A stretch of DNA of 41,392 nt from an uncultured Bifidobacterium sp. (GTDB taxonomy: Bacteria; Pseudomonadota; Gammaproteobacteria; Burkholderiales; Burkholderiaceae_D): contig CAYZXP010000003.1 of assembly GCA_964482415.1 (NCBI GenBank), positions 1 through 41,392 of the forward strand, given 5' to 3'. The stretch's first letter is position 1. Every line of letters begins with the position of its first letter. The notes beneath the pieces were generated by a model, which saw only the letters and a list, made by a program, of their open reading frames with translations, ran no database searches and was not told the DNA's origin. The translations under genes and the position numbers were made by a program. Shown piece by piece: positions 9,900 to 20,431 of the stretch.

Positions 9900-10550
9900 A
9901 TGGCGCCGACCGCTGCGCAGCTGTCGTGGATACGGCGCGTGCTGTTTCTGATTGCGCTGTTGCCGCTGGCGCGAGTGGTCTGGCTGGGCAGCGAAGGCCG
10001 GCTGGGCGCGAACCCGATCGAGACCATCACGCGGGCCAGCGGTGACTGGACGCTGTACTTCCTCTGCTTCACGCTGGCGATCACGCCGCTGCGCCGGCTG
10101 ACCGGCCAGCAGTGGCTGCTGAAGCTGCGGCGCATGCTCGGACTGTTCTGTTTTTTCTATGCGAGCCTGCATTTCCTCTGCTTCCTCTGGTTCGACCATT
10201 TTTTCGATCTCGCCGAGATGTGGAAGGACGTGAAGAAGCGGCTATTCATTACGGTCGGCTTTAGCGCGTTCGTCCTGCTGATCCCGCTGGCGGCAACCAG
10301 CACCACGGCAATGCAGCGACGGCTCGGGCGCAACTGGGCGCGGCTGCATCGGCTGGTTTATCTGATCGCGCTGCTGGCGATCGTGCATTTCTGGTGGATG
10401 CGCGCGGGGAAGAACAATTTCGGCGAGCCGATCTTGTTCGGCGCCCTCGTTGCGATGTTGCTGGGGATGCGGCTGGTGTTTCGCTGGCAGGCGGCGCGCG
10501 CGGCGGCGCGCAGCCTGGCAGTGGAGTTGTCGGCCAAAGATCCCGGCTGA
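9900..10550 (+). CDS. msrQ: Heme-binding membrane subunit MsrQ
   Basis: RRMLGL..FFYASLH and WARLHRLVY..H motifs; directly after msrP. Confidence 0.94.
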   Translation: MAPTAAQLSWIRRVLFLIALLPLARVVWLGSEGRLGANPIETITRASGDWTLYFLCFTLAITPLRRLTGQQWLLKLRRMLGLFCFFYASLHFLCFLWFDHFFDLAEMWKDVKKRLFITVGFSAFVLLIPLAATSTTAMQRRLGRNWARLHRLVYLIALLAIVHFWWMRAGKNNFGEPILFGALVAMLLGMRLVFRWQAARAAARSLAVELSAKDPG

Positions 10551-10551
10551 C

Positions 10552-11835
10552 TTAGCCCGGAATCGATTCCAGCGCGAACAGATCGGCCGGATTTTCGCGC
10601 TGGCGGATCAGCGTGAACTGCTCGCCATCGACCAGTACTTCGGCCGCACGGCCGCGCGTGTTGTAGTTCGACGCCATCGTCATGCCGTAGGCGCCGGCCG
10701 ACATGATCGCCAGCAGGTCGCCCTGCTCCAGCGACAGCGTCCGGCCGCGTGCGAGCCAATCGCCCGATTCGCAGACCGGGCCGACCACGTCATATTCCTT
10801 CGCACCGTCAGCGCGGCGATTCAGCGGCTGCACACCATGCCAGGCTTCATACATGGCCGGGCGCATCAGGTCGTTCATCGCGGCGTCAACCACCGCAAAA
10901 TTCTTCGTCGCACCATGCTTCAGGTACTGCACTTCGGTCAGCAGCACGCCGGCGTTGCCGACGATCGAGCGCCCCGGCTCGAACATCACGCTGATCTGCT
11001 TGCCGCCGTACTTGTCCTTGCGCCAGCGGTCGATGCGGGCAAACAGCCGCCCGAGATAGTCCGCGACCGCGACCGGCTTTTCATCGTCATAGGTGATGCC
11101 GATGCCGCCGCCGATGTCGAGGTGGTGCAGTTCGATGCCTTCCGCATGCAGCCGGTCGGCCAGTTCGATCACCTTGTCCAGCGCTTCGAGCAGCGGCGCG
11201 TCATCAAGCAGCTGCGAGCCGATGTGGCAGTCGATGCCGGTGACTTCGATATGCGGCAGCGACGCCGCCACGCGGTAGGTCGGCAGCGCATCCTCGTACG
11301 CGATGCCGAACTTGTTTTCCTTCAGGCCGGTCGAGATGTACGGATGCGTCTTCGGGTCGACGTCCGGGTTCACGCGCAGCGACACGCGCGCGCGCTTGCC
11401 GAGGCTGGCTGCCACCTCGTTGAGCCGGTGCAGTTCGGGGATGGACTCGACGTTGAAGCAGAGGATGTCATGCGCCAGCGCCAGTTTCATCTCGTCGCGC
11501 GACTTGCCCACGCCGGAGAAGATCACCTTGCGCGGATCGCCGCCGGCGGCGATCACGCGCAGCAGCTCGCCGCCGGACACGATGTCGAAGCCGGAGCCGA
11601 GCTTGCCGAGCAGGTTCAGCACCGCGAGGTTGGAGTTCGATTTCACCGAGTAGCACACCAGCGCGCCCTGTTCGCCGCGGCCATGGGCGCGGCAGGCATT
11701 CGCATAGGCGAGGAAGTTCTCGGTCAGGGCGGCACGCGAGTACACATAGGTGGGCGTGCCAAAAGTCTGGGCGATCGTGGCGAGCGGCACACCTTCGGCG
11801 TGCAGCGCGTCGCCGCGGTTTTCAAAATGCGACAT
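10552..11835 (-). CDS. lysA: Diaminopimelate decarboxylase
   Basis: YSVKSN PLP lysine, HIGSQ, EPGRS, GPVCESGD, GAYG..MASNYN. Confidence 0.97.
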   Translation of the reverse strand: MSHFENRGDALHAEGVPLATIAQTFGTPTYVYSRAALTENFLAYANACRAHGRGEQGALVCYSVKSNSNLAVLNLLGKLGSGFDIVSGGELLRVIAAGGDPRKVIFSGVGKSRDEMKLALAHDILCFNVESIPELHRLNEVAASLGKRARVSLRVNPDVDPKTHPYISTGLKENKFGIAYEDALPTYRVAASLPHIEVTGIDCHIGSQLLDDAPLLEALDKVIELADRLHAEGIELHHLDIGGGIGITYDDEKPVAVADYLGRLFARIDRWRKDKYGGKQISVMFEPGRSIVGNAGVLLTEVQYLKHGATKNFAVVDAAMNDLMRPAMYEAWHGVQPLNRRADGAKEYDVVGPVCESGDWLARGRTLSLEQGDLLAIMSAGAYGMTMASNYNTRGRAAEVLVDGEQFTLIRQRENPADLFALESIPG

Positions 11836-11837
11836 GG

Positions 11838-12002
11838 TCAGGGCTGGCGGGATGGTCGTTGCTTGGCGGGTTGCGCGTCGAATTCGGCGTCCGGGTCAGC
11901 CTTCGGCTGGACCTGGTCGGGCAAGTGCAGTGGACCGGTCTGACCGCAGGCGCTCAGGCCGATCGAGGCGATCGTCGCTAGAATGGCGAAAAAGGTGCGC
12001 AT
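11838..12002 (-). CDS. lptM: Small lipoprotein LptM/YifL family
   Basis: Lipobox LSAC followed by GQTGPLHLP; canonical position between cyaY and lysA. Confidence 0.85.
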   Translation of the reverse strand: MRTFFAILATIASIGLSACGQTGPLHLPDQVQPKADPDAEFDAQPAKQRPSRQP

Positions 12003-12080
12003 GGAGAGTGTGGTTTTGCGGGCTGGACCGCGCCACGCCATGCATGACGCGCGCGTTGAAAATTTCTTCTGGAGTGTAGC

Positions 12081-12413
12081 ATGACCGAAACCGAATTCCT
12101 GGCCATTGCCGAGAGCGTGCTCGACGCCATCGAGAACGCGTTCGAGCGCGCCGGCGAGGAGGCCGATGTCGATGTCGAGTGCAGCCGCAGCGGCAATGTG
12201 CTCGAGATCGAGTTCGTCGACAACGGCAGCAAGATCATCGTCAATACGCAGGCGCCGATGCGGGAAATCTGGGTCGCCGCGCGCGCCGGCGGCTTCCACT
12301 ACCGGCTCAACGACGGCCGCTGGCTCGATACCCGCGACGGCTCGGAGCTGTACTCATCGCTGTCGCGGCTGGCCGGCCTGCAGGCCGGCACCGCGCTGGA
12401 CATCTCGGCCTGA
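12081..12413 (+). CDS. cyaY: Iron donor protein CyaY (frataxin)
   Basis: GNVLEIEF..IIVNTQAPMREIWVAARAGGFHY. Confidence 0.96.
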   Translation: MTETEFLAIAESVLDAIENAFERAGEEADVDVECSRSGNVLEIEFVDNGSKIIVNTQAPMREIWVAARAGGFHYRLNDGRWLDTRDGSELYSSLSRLAGLQAGTALDISA

Positions 12414-14765
12414 TCAGAAGATCTCGCCCTTCGTCGCCTCCTTCTCGGTCGGCGGTTTTTCCTCTTCCTGCGCACCGCCGTTGCCCAGCGAGCCGACGCC
12501 GCCGGCATCGACATACTCGGAATAGATCAGGTCGCCGTTCAGCGTCGTGATGCCCGCCGGCACCTCGCGCTGGGTGACCGGCAGCTTTGGCAGCGCCTTC
12601 TGCATGTAGCCGATCCAGATCGGCAGCGCGAGGCCGCCGCCGGTCTCGCGGTTGCCGAGGTTCTTCGGCTTGTCGAAGCCGATCCATGCGACCGCCGCCA
12701 GTCTCGGATGGTAACCGGCGAACCACGCGTCGATCGAGTCGTTGGTGGTGCCGGTTTTTCCGGCAATGTCGGTCCGGTTCAGCGACTGTGCGCGCGCTGC
12801 CGTGCCGTAGCGAACCACGTCCTTGAGCATGCTGTCGACGATGTAGGCATTGCGGGCATCGATCACGCGCAGCGCCTCGTCGCCGGCCTTGTCCGGCGTG
12901 ACCTGGAACAGGGTCTTGCCGTTGTTGTCGGTGATCTTCGCGATCAGGTGCGGGTTCACCTTGTAGCCGCCATTGGCGAACACGGCATAGGCACCGGCCA
13001 GCTGCAGCGGCGTCACCGAGCCGGCGCCCAGGGCCAGCGTCAGGTAGGGCGGATTCTTTTCGGCCTCGAAGCCGAAGCGGGTCACGAATTCCTGCGCATA
13101 CTGCGGACCGATCTTGTCGAGGATGCGGATCGACACCATGTTCTTCGACTTGGCCAGGCCGCGCCGCATCGACATCGGGCCCTCGTATTTGCCGTCGTAG
13201 TTCTTCGGCTCCCAGGCCTGGCTGCCGGTCTGCGACGCGTCGTAGGTCAGCGGCGCATCATTGACGATCGTGCCTGGCGACAGACCTTTTTCCAGTGACG
13301 CCGAATAAATGAACGGCTTGAACGACGAGCCCGGCTGGCGCCATGCCTGCGTCGCATGGTTGAACTTGTTGCGGTTGAAGTCGAAGCCGCCGACCAGCGC
13401 CTTGACCGCGCCGTCATCCGCTCCGACGGCAACGAAGGCCGATTCGACCTCAGGCAGCTGGATCACCTGCCAGTTGCTGCCGTCCTGCATCACCCGGATG
13501 ATCGCGCCGCGGCGGATGCGGCGGTTGGCCGGCACCTTGTCCGTCAGCGCGCTGGCCGCCGTGCCGAGCGCGGCGTCGGCGATCGTCACCTCCTCGCCGG
13601 TCGACAGCACCGCGCGCAGCGACTTCGGTGCGGTCGACAGCACGACCGCAGCAACCATGCCGTCGCTGTCCGGATGCTCGGCCAGCTCCGACTCGATCGC
13701 TGCTTCCGCATCGGTGCGATCGGACGGGATGTCCATGTAGCCTTCCGGGCCGCGGTAGGGCTGGCGCTTCTCGTAGTCGAGCACGCCGCGGCGCAGCGCG
13801 AGGTAGGCGGCGTCCTGGTCGGCCTTGGTGATGGTGGTGAAAACGTTCAGGCCGCGCGTGTAGGTGTCTTCCTTGAACTGCTCGTAGACCATCTGGCGCG
13901 CCATCTCGGACACATACTCGGCGTGTACGCCGAAGTCATTGCTGTCCATCTTGATCTTCAGCTTTTCATTGCGTGCCTGGTCGTACTGCGCGCGCGTGAT
14001 GTAGCCGAGCTCGTGCATGCGCTGCAGGATGTACTGCTGGCGCGCCTTTGCGCGCTTCGGATTGACGACCGGGTTGTTCGCCGACGGCGCCTTCGGCAAG
14101 CCGGCGAGCATGGCCGCCTCGGCCGTGGTGATCTCCGACAGGCGCTTGCCGAAATAAATCTGCGCGGCCGACGCGAAGCCATATGCGCGCTGGCCAAGGT
14201 AGATCTGGTTCATGTACAGCTCGAGGATCTGGTCCTTGGTCAGCGTCTTCTCGATCTTCCATGCCAGCAGGATTTCATACAGCTTGCGCTTGATGGTCTG
14301 CTCGCTGGACAGGAAGAAGTTGCGCGCGACCTGCTGCGTGATCGTCGATGCGCCCTGGCGGCTGCCGCCGATCGCATTGTGAATGGCCGCGCGCAGGATG
14401 CCCCAATAGTCGACGCCGTGGTGCTGATAGAAGCGATCGTCTTCGATCGCCAGCACCGCCTGCTTCATCACGGTCGGGATGTCCTTGTAGCGCACCAGGC
14501 TGCGGCGCTCTTCGCCGAATTCACCGATCAGCACGTTATCGGCCGAGAAAACGCGCAGCGGCATCTTCGGTTGGTAGGTGGCCAGCGAATCGATGTCCGG
14601 CAGGTTCGGATAAGCCATCATCAGCATGAAGCTCAACAGCAGGAATCCGATAACCGCCAGTCCGGACAAGACGCCGAATACGCTCAGCGCAACTTTGACG
14701 GGAGCGGGGAGTTTGCCGCCGCGCGAGGGTTCATCGGCGCGATCGGCGGAGTTGTGGTTGTTCAT
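12414..14765 (-). CDS. mrcA: Penicillin-binding protein 1A
   Basis: Transglycosylase EDDRFYQH and GASTITQQ; transpeptidase SSFK, SKN and KTGT; divergent from pilM. Confidence 0.96.
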   Translation of the reverse strand: MNNHNSADRADEPSRGGKLPAPVKVALSVFGVLSGLAVIGFLLLSFMLMMAYPNLPDIDSLATYQPKMPLRVFSADNVLIGEFGEERRSLVRYKDIPTVMKQAVLAIEDDRFYQHHGVDYWGILRAAIHNAIGGSRQGASTITQQVARNFFLSSEQTIKRKLYEILLAWKIEKTLTKDQILELYMNQIYLGQRAYGFASAAQIYFGKRLSEITTAEAAMLAGLPKAPSANNPVVNPKRAKARQQYILQRMHELGYITRAQYDQARNEKLKIKMDSNDFGVHAEYVSEMARQMVYEQFKEDTYTRGLNVFTTITKADQDAAYLALRRGVLDYEKRQPYRGPEGYMDIPSDRTDAEAAIESELAEHPDSDGMVAAVVLSTAPKSLRAVLSTGEEVTIADAALGTAASALTDKVPANRRIRRGAIIRVMQDGSNWQVIQLPEVESAFVAVGADDGAVKALVGGFDFNRNKFNHATQAWRQPGSSFKPFIYSASLEKGLSPGTIVNDAPLTYDASQTGSQAWEPKNYDGKYEGPMSMRRGLAKSKNMVSIRILDKIGPQYAQEFVTRFGFEAEKNPPYLTLALGAGSVTPLQLAGAYAVFANGGYKVNPHLIAKITDNNGKTLFQVTPDKAGDEALRVIDARNAYIVDSMLKDVVRYGTAARAQSLNRTDIAGKTGTTNDSIDAWFAGYHPRLAAVAWIGFDKPKNLGNRETGGGLALPIWIGYMQKALPKLPVTQREVPAGITTLNGDLIYSEYVDAGGVGSLGNGGAQEEEKPPTEKEATKGEIF

Positions 14766-14806
14766 TCAGCAGGAGGGAGGGACGAGCCCATTGATTGATG
14801 GCGGTC

Positions 14807-14812
14807 ATTATA
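14807..14812 (-). promoter_or_regulatory. Putative -10 element for mrcA
   Basis: Perfect TATAAT on the minus strand about 40 nt upstream of the start; -35 weak. Confidence 0.45.
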
Positions 14813-15001
14813 GCGGCAGCCCCGGAACGGCTTCGCGTCCCCGGAAATGATGGCAAACGGTCAAGCCGGCAGCCGGTTTCCGAACGCTATCGGCATACGC
14901 GTCGGCATTTGACAACGCGCCGCCACGGCGGCTTTGCATCGTCGAAACGCGCTTGCTAGCATCCGCCGCAAGTTTCGAAATTGATAACGCGAGGCGTGCG
15001 G

Positions 15002-15961
15002 ATGTTTTCTTTGCGGCAGTGGTGGCGGCAAGCTCAGCGGCCGATGCTCGGGGTCGATCTCGGTGCGGACGCAGTCCGCGTCGTCGCCCTCGGGGCGAGC
15101 GTGCCGCGGCGCTCACTGCGCATAGCGCACTTTGCGCAGCAGGCGCTGCCGCGCGGCGCGATGCGCGACGGCGCCATCGTGATGCCCGATGAGGTCGCGG
15201 CCGCGCTGCGCGAGGCGATCCGGGCCAGCGGCAGCCGCCTGCGCGATGCGGCGCTGGCGCTGCCTGCCGGCGCAGCAATCAGGAAAACCCTGTCGCTGCC
15301 GGCGCTGCTGCACGAGGACGAAATGGAAATGCAGGTCGAGGCGGAAGCCGGCGAGACCCTGCCTTTCCCGCGCGACGAGATCGGCCTGGATTTCACCATC
15401 GGCGGCCCGACGGCCGGCCAGCCAGACTGCGTCGATGTCGTGCTGGTCGCGGCCCGGCGCGAGCGCATCGACGAGCGGGTCGCGCTGGCGCGCGCGGCGG
15501 GTCTGCGACCGCTGGTTATCGACATCGAGTCGCAGGCACTGGCGTCCGCGATCGCGCTGCTCGATGCCGCACATGATGGCGGGCCCGCGCCGGTACTGGC
15601 CGCACTGCGGCTGGAGCCGGAGCGCGGGCTCTGCCTGTTCATGGCCGACGGCGTGCTGTCCTATGAGCGCGAACTCGTGTTGCCGACGCCGGCCGGCGAT
15701 ACCGCTGCTGTCGAGCGCGCCTGCCAGGAATTCGATCGCGCCTTGCAGTTGTTCCAGACGGCTACCACGCATGCGGTGCTCCATCGCATCTACCTGCTCG
15801 GCACCGTGCCCGAGGGGCTGGCTCCGGCACTGCAGCGCCGTACCGGCGCGCCGGTGGTGCGGCCCGGACTGTCGCGGCATTCCGCGGGTGCTGCGGCCGC
15901 CGAAGTGCCGACCTCATGCCTGCTGGCGTGCGGCCTTGCGTTGAGGGGCGCCGAACGATGA
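15002..15961 (+). CDS. pilM: Type IV pilus assembly protein PilM (divergent)
   Basis: LGVDLG N-terminal motif, LPFPRDEIGLDF, VVLVAARRE, LLACGLALR; first gene of pilMNOPQ. Confidence 0.88.
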   Translation: MFSLRQWWRQAQRPMLGVDLGADAVRVVALGASVPRRSLRIAHFAQQALPRGAMRDGAIVMPDEVAAALREAIRASGSRLRDAALALPAGAAIRKTLSLPALLHEDEMEMQVEAEAGETLPFPRDEIGLDFTIGGPTAGQPDCVDVVLVAARRERIDERVALARAAGLRPLVIDIESQALASAIALLDAAHDGGPAPVLAALRLEPERGLCLFMADGVLSYERELVLPTPAGDTAAVERACQEFDRALQLFQTATTHAVLHRIYLLGTVPEGLAPALQRRTGAPVVRPGLSRHSAGAAAAEVPTSCLLACGLALRGAER

Positions 15962-16524
15962 CGGGCTTCAACCTGCTGCCATGGCGGGACATGCGCCGTC
16001 GCGAGCGTCGCCGCCAGTTCAGGAGCCTGACCGGCCTCGCCGGCGCGCTCGGGCTGGCTGTGGTGCTGGCCGTGTTTGTCCTCAACCAGCGCCGGATTGC
16101 GCAGATGGACGATCGCCATCAGCTGCTGGCCGCGCAGATCGCCTTGCTGGATGCGCGCATAGGCGAAGTCCGGATGTTGCGCGAGAAGATAGCGACACTG
16201 CTCGCCCGGCGCGACGCGGTACGCGGACTCCAGCGGGCGCGTGCACTGCCGGTGCGCTTTCTTGACGAGCTGGCCGGCCGGATTCCGCAGGGTGTCATGC
16301 TGAAATCAGTGCAGCAGGCCGAGCGGGTCACGCTGGCGGGTTTTGCGCAGTCCGGCGCGCGCGTGTCGGAGTTGCTGCATGCGCTGGCCGGCGGTGTGTC
16401 AGTCACCCGCCCCGAGCTGGTCGAAATCAAATCGGCGACGCTGGGGCAGGGGCGCGACGCCCGGCGGGTGTTCGAATTCACGATTGCCATGGATGCGCCC
16501 GGTTTCGCGCAGCAAGCCCGGTGA
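15958..16524 (+). CDS. pilN: Type IV pilus assembly protein PilN
   Basis: FNLLPWR N-terminus, TM helix, coiled coil; ATGA overlap with pilM. Confidence 0.9.
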   Translation: MTGFNLLPWRDMRRRERRRQFRSLTGLAGALGLAVVLAVFVLNQRRIAQMDDRHQLLAAQIALLDARIGEVRMLREKIATLLARRDAVRGLQRARALPVRFLDELAGRIPQGVMLKSVQQAERVTLAGFAQSGARVSELLHALAGGVSVTRPELVEIKSATLGQGRDARRVFEFTIAMDAPGFAQQAR

Positions 16525-17183
16525 GCGCGGCCGCTTCCGGCCGGTTTGCGCGATGGCGAGCGCAATTTCATGGTCTCGCCGGCCGCCCTCCGGCGCTGTG
16601 GCCGCCGCTGCCGCGCGCGCTGTGCGCGGCCAGCGTCTGGCTGCTGGTCACCGCGGCCGGCGGCTGGTTCGCGTGGCAACCGCAGCACGAGGCGCTGGAG
16701 GACGGGCGCCAGAAGGAGGCGCAGCTGCGCGCGAGCTTCGAGCAGAAGGTCGCGCAGGCGCAGCATCTGGACAGCCTTCGCGGGCAGAAAGCCGCTGTCG
16801 AGGCCGAAGTCACGCGGCTCGAAAAGCAGTTGCCGGCACAGTCGGAAATGGAAGCGCTGCTGTCCGGGATCAGCCGTGCCGGCGTCGCGCGCGGATTGCA
16901 GTTCGAGCTCTTCAGGCCGGCGCCGCTGCGCTTCGGCGAGCATTATGCCGAGCTGCCGATCGAGATGCGGCTCAGCGGCGGGTTCCATGCGCTGGCCGGA
17001 TTCGTCAGCGACGTTGCCAACATGCCGCGCATCGTCACTTTAGACGGCGTGTCGCTCGCCCAGCAACGCGAGGCCGGATTGTCGTTCGCTTGCGTTGCGC
17101 ATGCGTTCCGCTATCTCGACCCGGCCGAAGCGGCGCTGCGAAAGCAGCAGGCAGCAGAGCGCCGCAAACAGGGGAAGAAATGA
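16521..17183 (+). CDS. pilO: Type IV pilus assembly protein PilO
   Basis: KQLPAQSEMEALL, YAELPI, FVSDVANMPRIVTL. Confidence 0.92.
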   Translation: MSAAASGRFARWRAQFHGLAGRPPALWPPLPRALCAASVWLLVTAAGGWFAWQPQHEALEDGRQKEAQLRASFEQKVAQAQHLDSLRGQKAAVEAEVTRLEKQLPAQSEMEALLSGISRAGVARGLQFELFRPAPLRFGEHYAELPIEMRLSGGFHALAGFVSDVANMPRIVTLDGVSLAQQREAGLSFACVAHAFRYLDPAEAALRKQQAAERRKQGKK

Positions 17184-17689
17184 CACGCGCCGCGCCGTGG
17201 CTTGTTGCCTGCGTGTGCCTGACCGCCTGCGATGCGCACGATGACCTGCGCGGCTGGATGGACAGCGTACGCCAGCGCCACCATCCCGCGCCGGCCGCAT
17301 TGCCGGCGGCGCCCGTACCGGCCGTGATGCGCTACGAGCCCGGGGCGCGCCCTGATCCGTTTGCGGCGGCCATGCTGGAGGCCGCTGACGACAATGCGGC
17401 AGGCCCCGGGCTGAAGCCCGACCTGCGCCGCGAGCGCGAGCCGCTGGAATCCTTTGCACTGGCCAACCTGCGGCTGGTCGGCAGCCTGCGTGCCGGCCGC
17501 GATGCGATCGCGCTGGTGGAAGCCGACCAGCGCGTCCATCCGGTGCGCGTCGGCGCGCACCTCGGGCAGGATTTCGGCAAGGTGGTGGCCATCGGCGAGC
17601 GCACTGTCGATATCGATGAACTCGTTGCCGACAGCGGCGGGCGCTGGATCCGGCGCCGTGCCCGCCTCGTGCTACAGGAGACGCGGTGA
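17180..17689 (+). CDS. pilP: Type IV pilus lipoprotein PilP
   Basis: Lipobox LTAC; REPLESFAL, VGAHLGQDFGKV. Confidence 0.9.
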   Translation: MTRAAPWLVACVCLTACDAHDDLRGWMDSVRQRHHPAPAALPAAPVPAVMRYEPGARPDPFAAAMLEAADDNAAGPGLKPDLRREREPLESFALANLRLVGSLRAGRDAIALVEADQRVHPVRVGAHLGQDFGKVVAIGERTVDIDELVADSGGRWIRRRARLVLQETR

Positions 17690-19803
17690 TGAACATTTTT
17701 TCCCGCTGGCGCGCGGCCTTGCTGCTCGGCCTGTCGCTGGCGGCGCACAGCGCGCACGCCGAGCCGAATGCCGTGCGCGCGATCGACGCGATCCGCGACG
17801 GCACGCATCAGGTGCTGCGTGTGCAGCTGCGCCGGCCGCTGGCCGCCGCGCCTGATGGTTTTGCGACCGTCTCCCCGCCGCGCATCGTGCTGGACCTGCC
17901 CGACACCGTGAATGCGACCGGCCAGCCGCGCCGCGTGCTGGGTGCGGGCGCGCTGCGGCATGTCGACATCGTGCAGGCGGGCACCCGGACGCGACTGGTG
18001 CTGAACCTGCAGCAGAGCATGGGCTACAGCACCCGCCTGCGTGACGCCGAACTGCACATCGTGCTGAACGAGCCATCGTCCGGCGCTTCTGCCGCCGAAC
18101 GCGCGGCGGACACGGCGCTTGAACGGAATGCGATTGTCGACATCGATTTCCGGCGCGGCGAGTCCGCTGCCGGACGGGTCATCATCGACCTGTCGAGCGA
18201 GCCGGCGGCGATCGACGTCCGCCGGCAAGGACAGACCGTGGTCGTGGACTTCATGAAGACCCGTCTGCCGGAAGTGTTGCGTCGCCGGCTCGATGTCCGC
18301 GATTTCGGCACGCCGGTACAGGCCGTCACGGCAGAATCCAGCGGTGACATGGCGAGGCTGACCATCGAGCCGGGCGGGCAGTGGGACCACGTCGCATGGC
18401 AGACCGACCGCCGGCTGGTGGTCGAGGTGCGGCCACTGAAGCCTGACGATCGCGGCGCGCGCGGTTACCACGGCGACCGGCTGTCGCTGAATTTCCAGAA
18501 CATCGAGGTGCGCGCGTTGCTGCAGGTGATCGCCGACTTCACCGGACTGAACGTGGTGGCCAGCGACAGCGTTGGCGGCAACCTGACGCTGCGTTTGAAG
18601 GACGTGCCCTGGGACCAGGCACTGGATATCGTGATGCAGGCACGCGGCCTCGACATGCGCCGCAATGGCAATGTGCTGTGGATCGCACCGAAAGACGAGC
18701 TGCTGACCAAGGAGCGGCTTGAGCTGGAGCAGCGCGCGCAGATCTCCGAACTCGAGCCGCTGGTCACCGAGACCTTCCAGCTGAATTACCAGAAGGCCGA
18801 TTCGTTCCAGAAGGTTTTCGGGCTGGACGGCCAGCCGGGACGCGGCAGCATCCTGTCGCGGCGCGGCAGTGCATCGGCCGAGCCGCGCAGCAACAAGCTG
18901 TTCGTCACCGATACGCCCGCACGGCTGGCCGAAGTGCGCCGGCTGATCCAGCTGACCGACGTGCCGCAGCGGCAGGTGATGATCGAGGCCCGCATCGTCG
19001 AGGCCGATGACAATTTCAACAAGAACCTCGGCGTGCGGCTGGGCTATCTTGACCGCAACTTCGTCGCCGGACGCACGCCCGGCACCCGGCTGGGCGGAGA
19101 CACCCGCGTCGGGCTGACCGGCAGTTACCTCGGTGTCGGCGAGCAGACCGGGCAGGCCACGGTGACCGCCGGCAGCTACATGCCGAATACCCAGTTCCTT
19201 GACCTGCCGGCCGGGAAGATCGGTACGGCGCAAGCGGCCAGCATCGGCATTTCGCTGTTTTCGCCCGGGGCAAACCGCTTCCTGAACCTCGAACTGTCGG
19301 CCTTGCAGGCCGATGGCAAGGGAAAAATCGTCTCCAGCCCGCGGGTCGTCACCGCCGACCAGCAGCCGGCCGTGATCGAGCAGGGCGAGGAGATCCCGTT
19401 CCAGCAGGCTACCAGCAGCGGTGCGACGTCGGTCCAGTTCAAGAAGGCGAACCTGAAGCTGGAGGTCACGCCGCAGATCACGCCGGACGGCAACATCATC
19501 CTGACCGTCGACGTGGCGAAGGATTCACGCGGGATTGCCGTGGGCACCAGTTATGCGATCGACACCAAACATGTGAAGACGAATGTGCAGGTCGAGAATG
19601 GCGGCACGGTCGTACTGGGCGGCATCTTCATGCAGGAGGAGCGCAGCAACGTGACCAAGGTGCCTTTTTTCGGCGATCTGCCGCTGCTCGGCGTGCTGTT
19701 TCGTCAGACCGCGCAGATGCGCAGCCAGCGCGAGCTGCTGATCTTCATTACGCCGCGCATCGTTGCCGATCTCGCAGCGGGCCGTTCGCCGCCGTCGCCC
19801 TGA
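17686..19803 (+). CDS. pilQ: Type IV pilus secretin PilQ
   Basis: AMIN domains, [41 protein letters not shown]. Confidence 0.96.
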   Translation: MMNIFSRWRAALLLGLSLAAHSAHAEPNAVRAIDAIRDGTHQVLRVQLRRPLAAAPDGFATVSPPRIVLDLPDTVNATGQPRRVLGAGALRHVDIVQAGTRTRLVLNLQQSMGYSTRLRDAELHIVLNEPSSGASAAERAADTALERNAIVDIDFRRGESAAGRVIIDLSSEPAAIDVRRQGQTVVVDFMKTRLPEVLRRRLDVRDFGTPVQAVTAESSGDMARLTIEPGGQWDHVAWQTDRRLVVEVRPLKPDDRGARGYHGDRLSLNFQNIEVRALLQVIADFTGLNVVASDSVGGNLTLRLKDVPWDQALDIVMQARGLDMRRNGNVLWIAPKDELLTKERLELEQRAQISELEPLVTETFQLNYQKADSFQKVFGLDGQPGRGSILSRRGSASAEPRSNKLFVTDTPARLAEVRRLIQLTDVPQRQVMIEARIVEADDNFNKNLGVRLGYLDRNFVAGRTPGTRLGGDTRVGLTGSYLGVGEQTGQATVTAGSYMPNTQFLDLPAGKIGTAQAASIGISLFSPGANRFLNLELSALQADGKGKIVSSPRVVTADQQPAVIEQGEEIPFQQATSSGATSVQFKKANLKLEVTPQITPDGNIILTVDVAKDSRGIAVGTSYAIDTKHVKTNVQVENGGTVVLGGIFMQEERSNVTKVPFFGDLPLLGVLFRQTAQMRSQRELLIFITPRIVADLAAGRSPPSP

Positions 19804-19870
19804 GGTGGCGGCAGGGACGGATGGGATAAACTGTCGCCTTTCCGGGGAAAAATCCCCTGCAACGGCAACG

Positions 19871-20431
19871 ATGTCCATACCGAATTCCAACATCTTCCTG
19901 GTCGGCCTGATGGGCTCCGGCAAGACCACGATAGGTCGAGCGCTCGCGAAGAAACTGAACCTGCGCTTCGTCGATGCGGATCAGGAAATTGAGGCGCGCA
20001 CCGGCGCGTCGATTCCGTTGATCTTCGAGATCGAAGGCGAAGCCAGCTTCCGCCAGCGTGAAGCCGACGTGATCCGCGACCTGACCGCGCAGCCTGGCAT
20101 CGTGCTGGCGACCGGCGGCGGGGCGGTGCTGAACGAGCAGAGCCGGCGTTACCTGCATGAGCGCGGCATCGTGATCTACCTGCGCGCATCGGTGCACAGC
20201 ATCCTGCAGCGCACCAGCCACGACCGCAACCGGCCGCTGCTGCAGACCGCCGACCCGAAAGCAAAGATCGAGGAGCTGTCGCGCCAGCGCGCGCCGCTGT
20301 ATCAGGAAATTGCGCACATCACCATCGAGACCGGGCGCCCGAACGTGCAGTCGGTGCTCAATAACATCCTCGCGCAACTCGAACAGTTCAACCAGGCGGC
20401 CGCCGCGGCCGACCCCACCCCTTCCGAATGA
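19871..20431 (+). CDS. aroK: Shikimate kinase
   Basis: [10 protein letters not shown]-loop, [12 protein letters not shown]. Confidence 0.96.
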   Translation: MSIPNSNIFLVGLMGSGKTTIGRALAKKLNLRFVDADQEIEARTGASIPLIFEIEGEASFRQREADVIRDLTAQPGIVLATGGGAVLNEQSRRYLHERGIVIYLRASVHSILQRTSHDRNRPLLQTADPKAKIEELSRQRAPLYQEIAHITIETGRPNVQSVLNNILAQLEQFNQAAAAADPTPSE

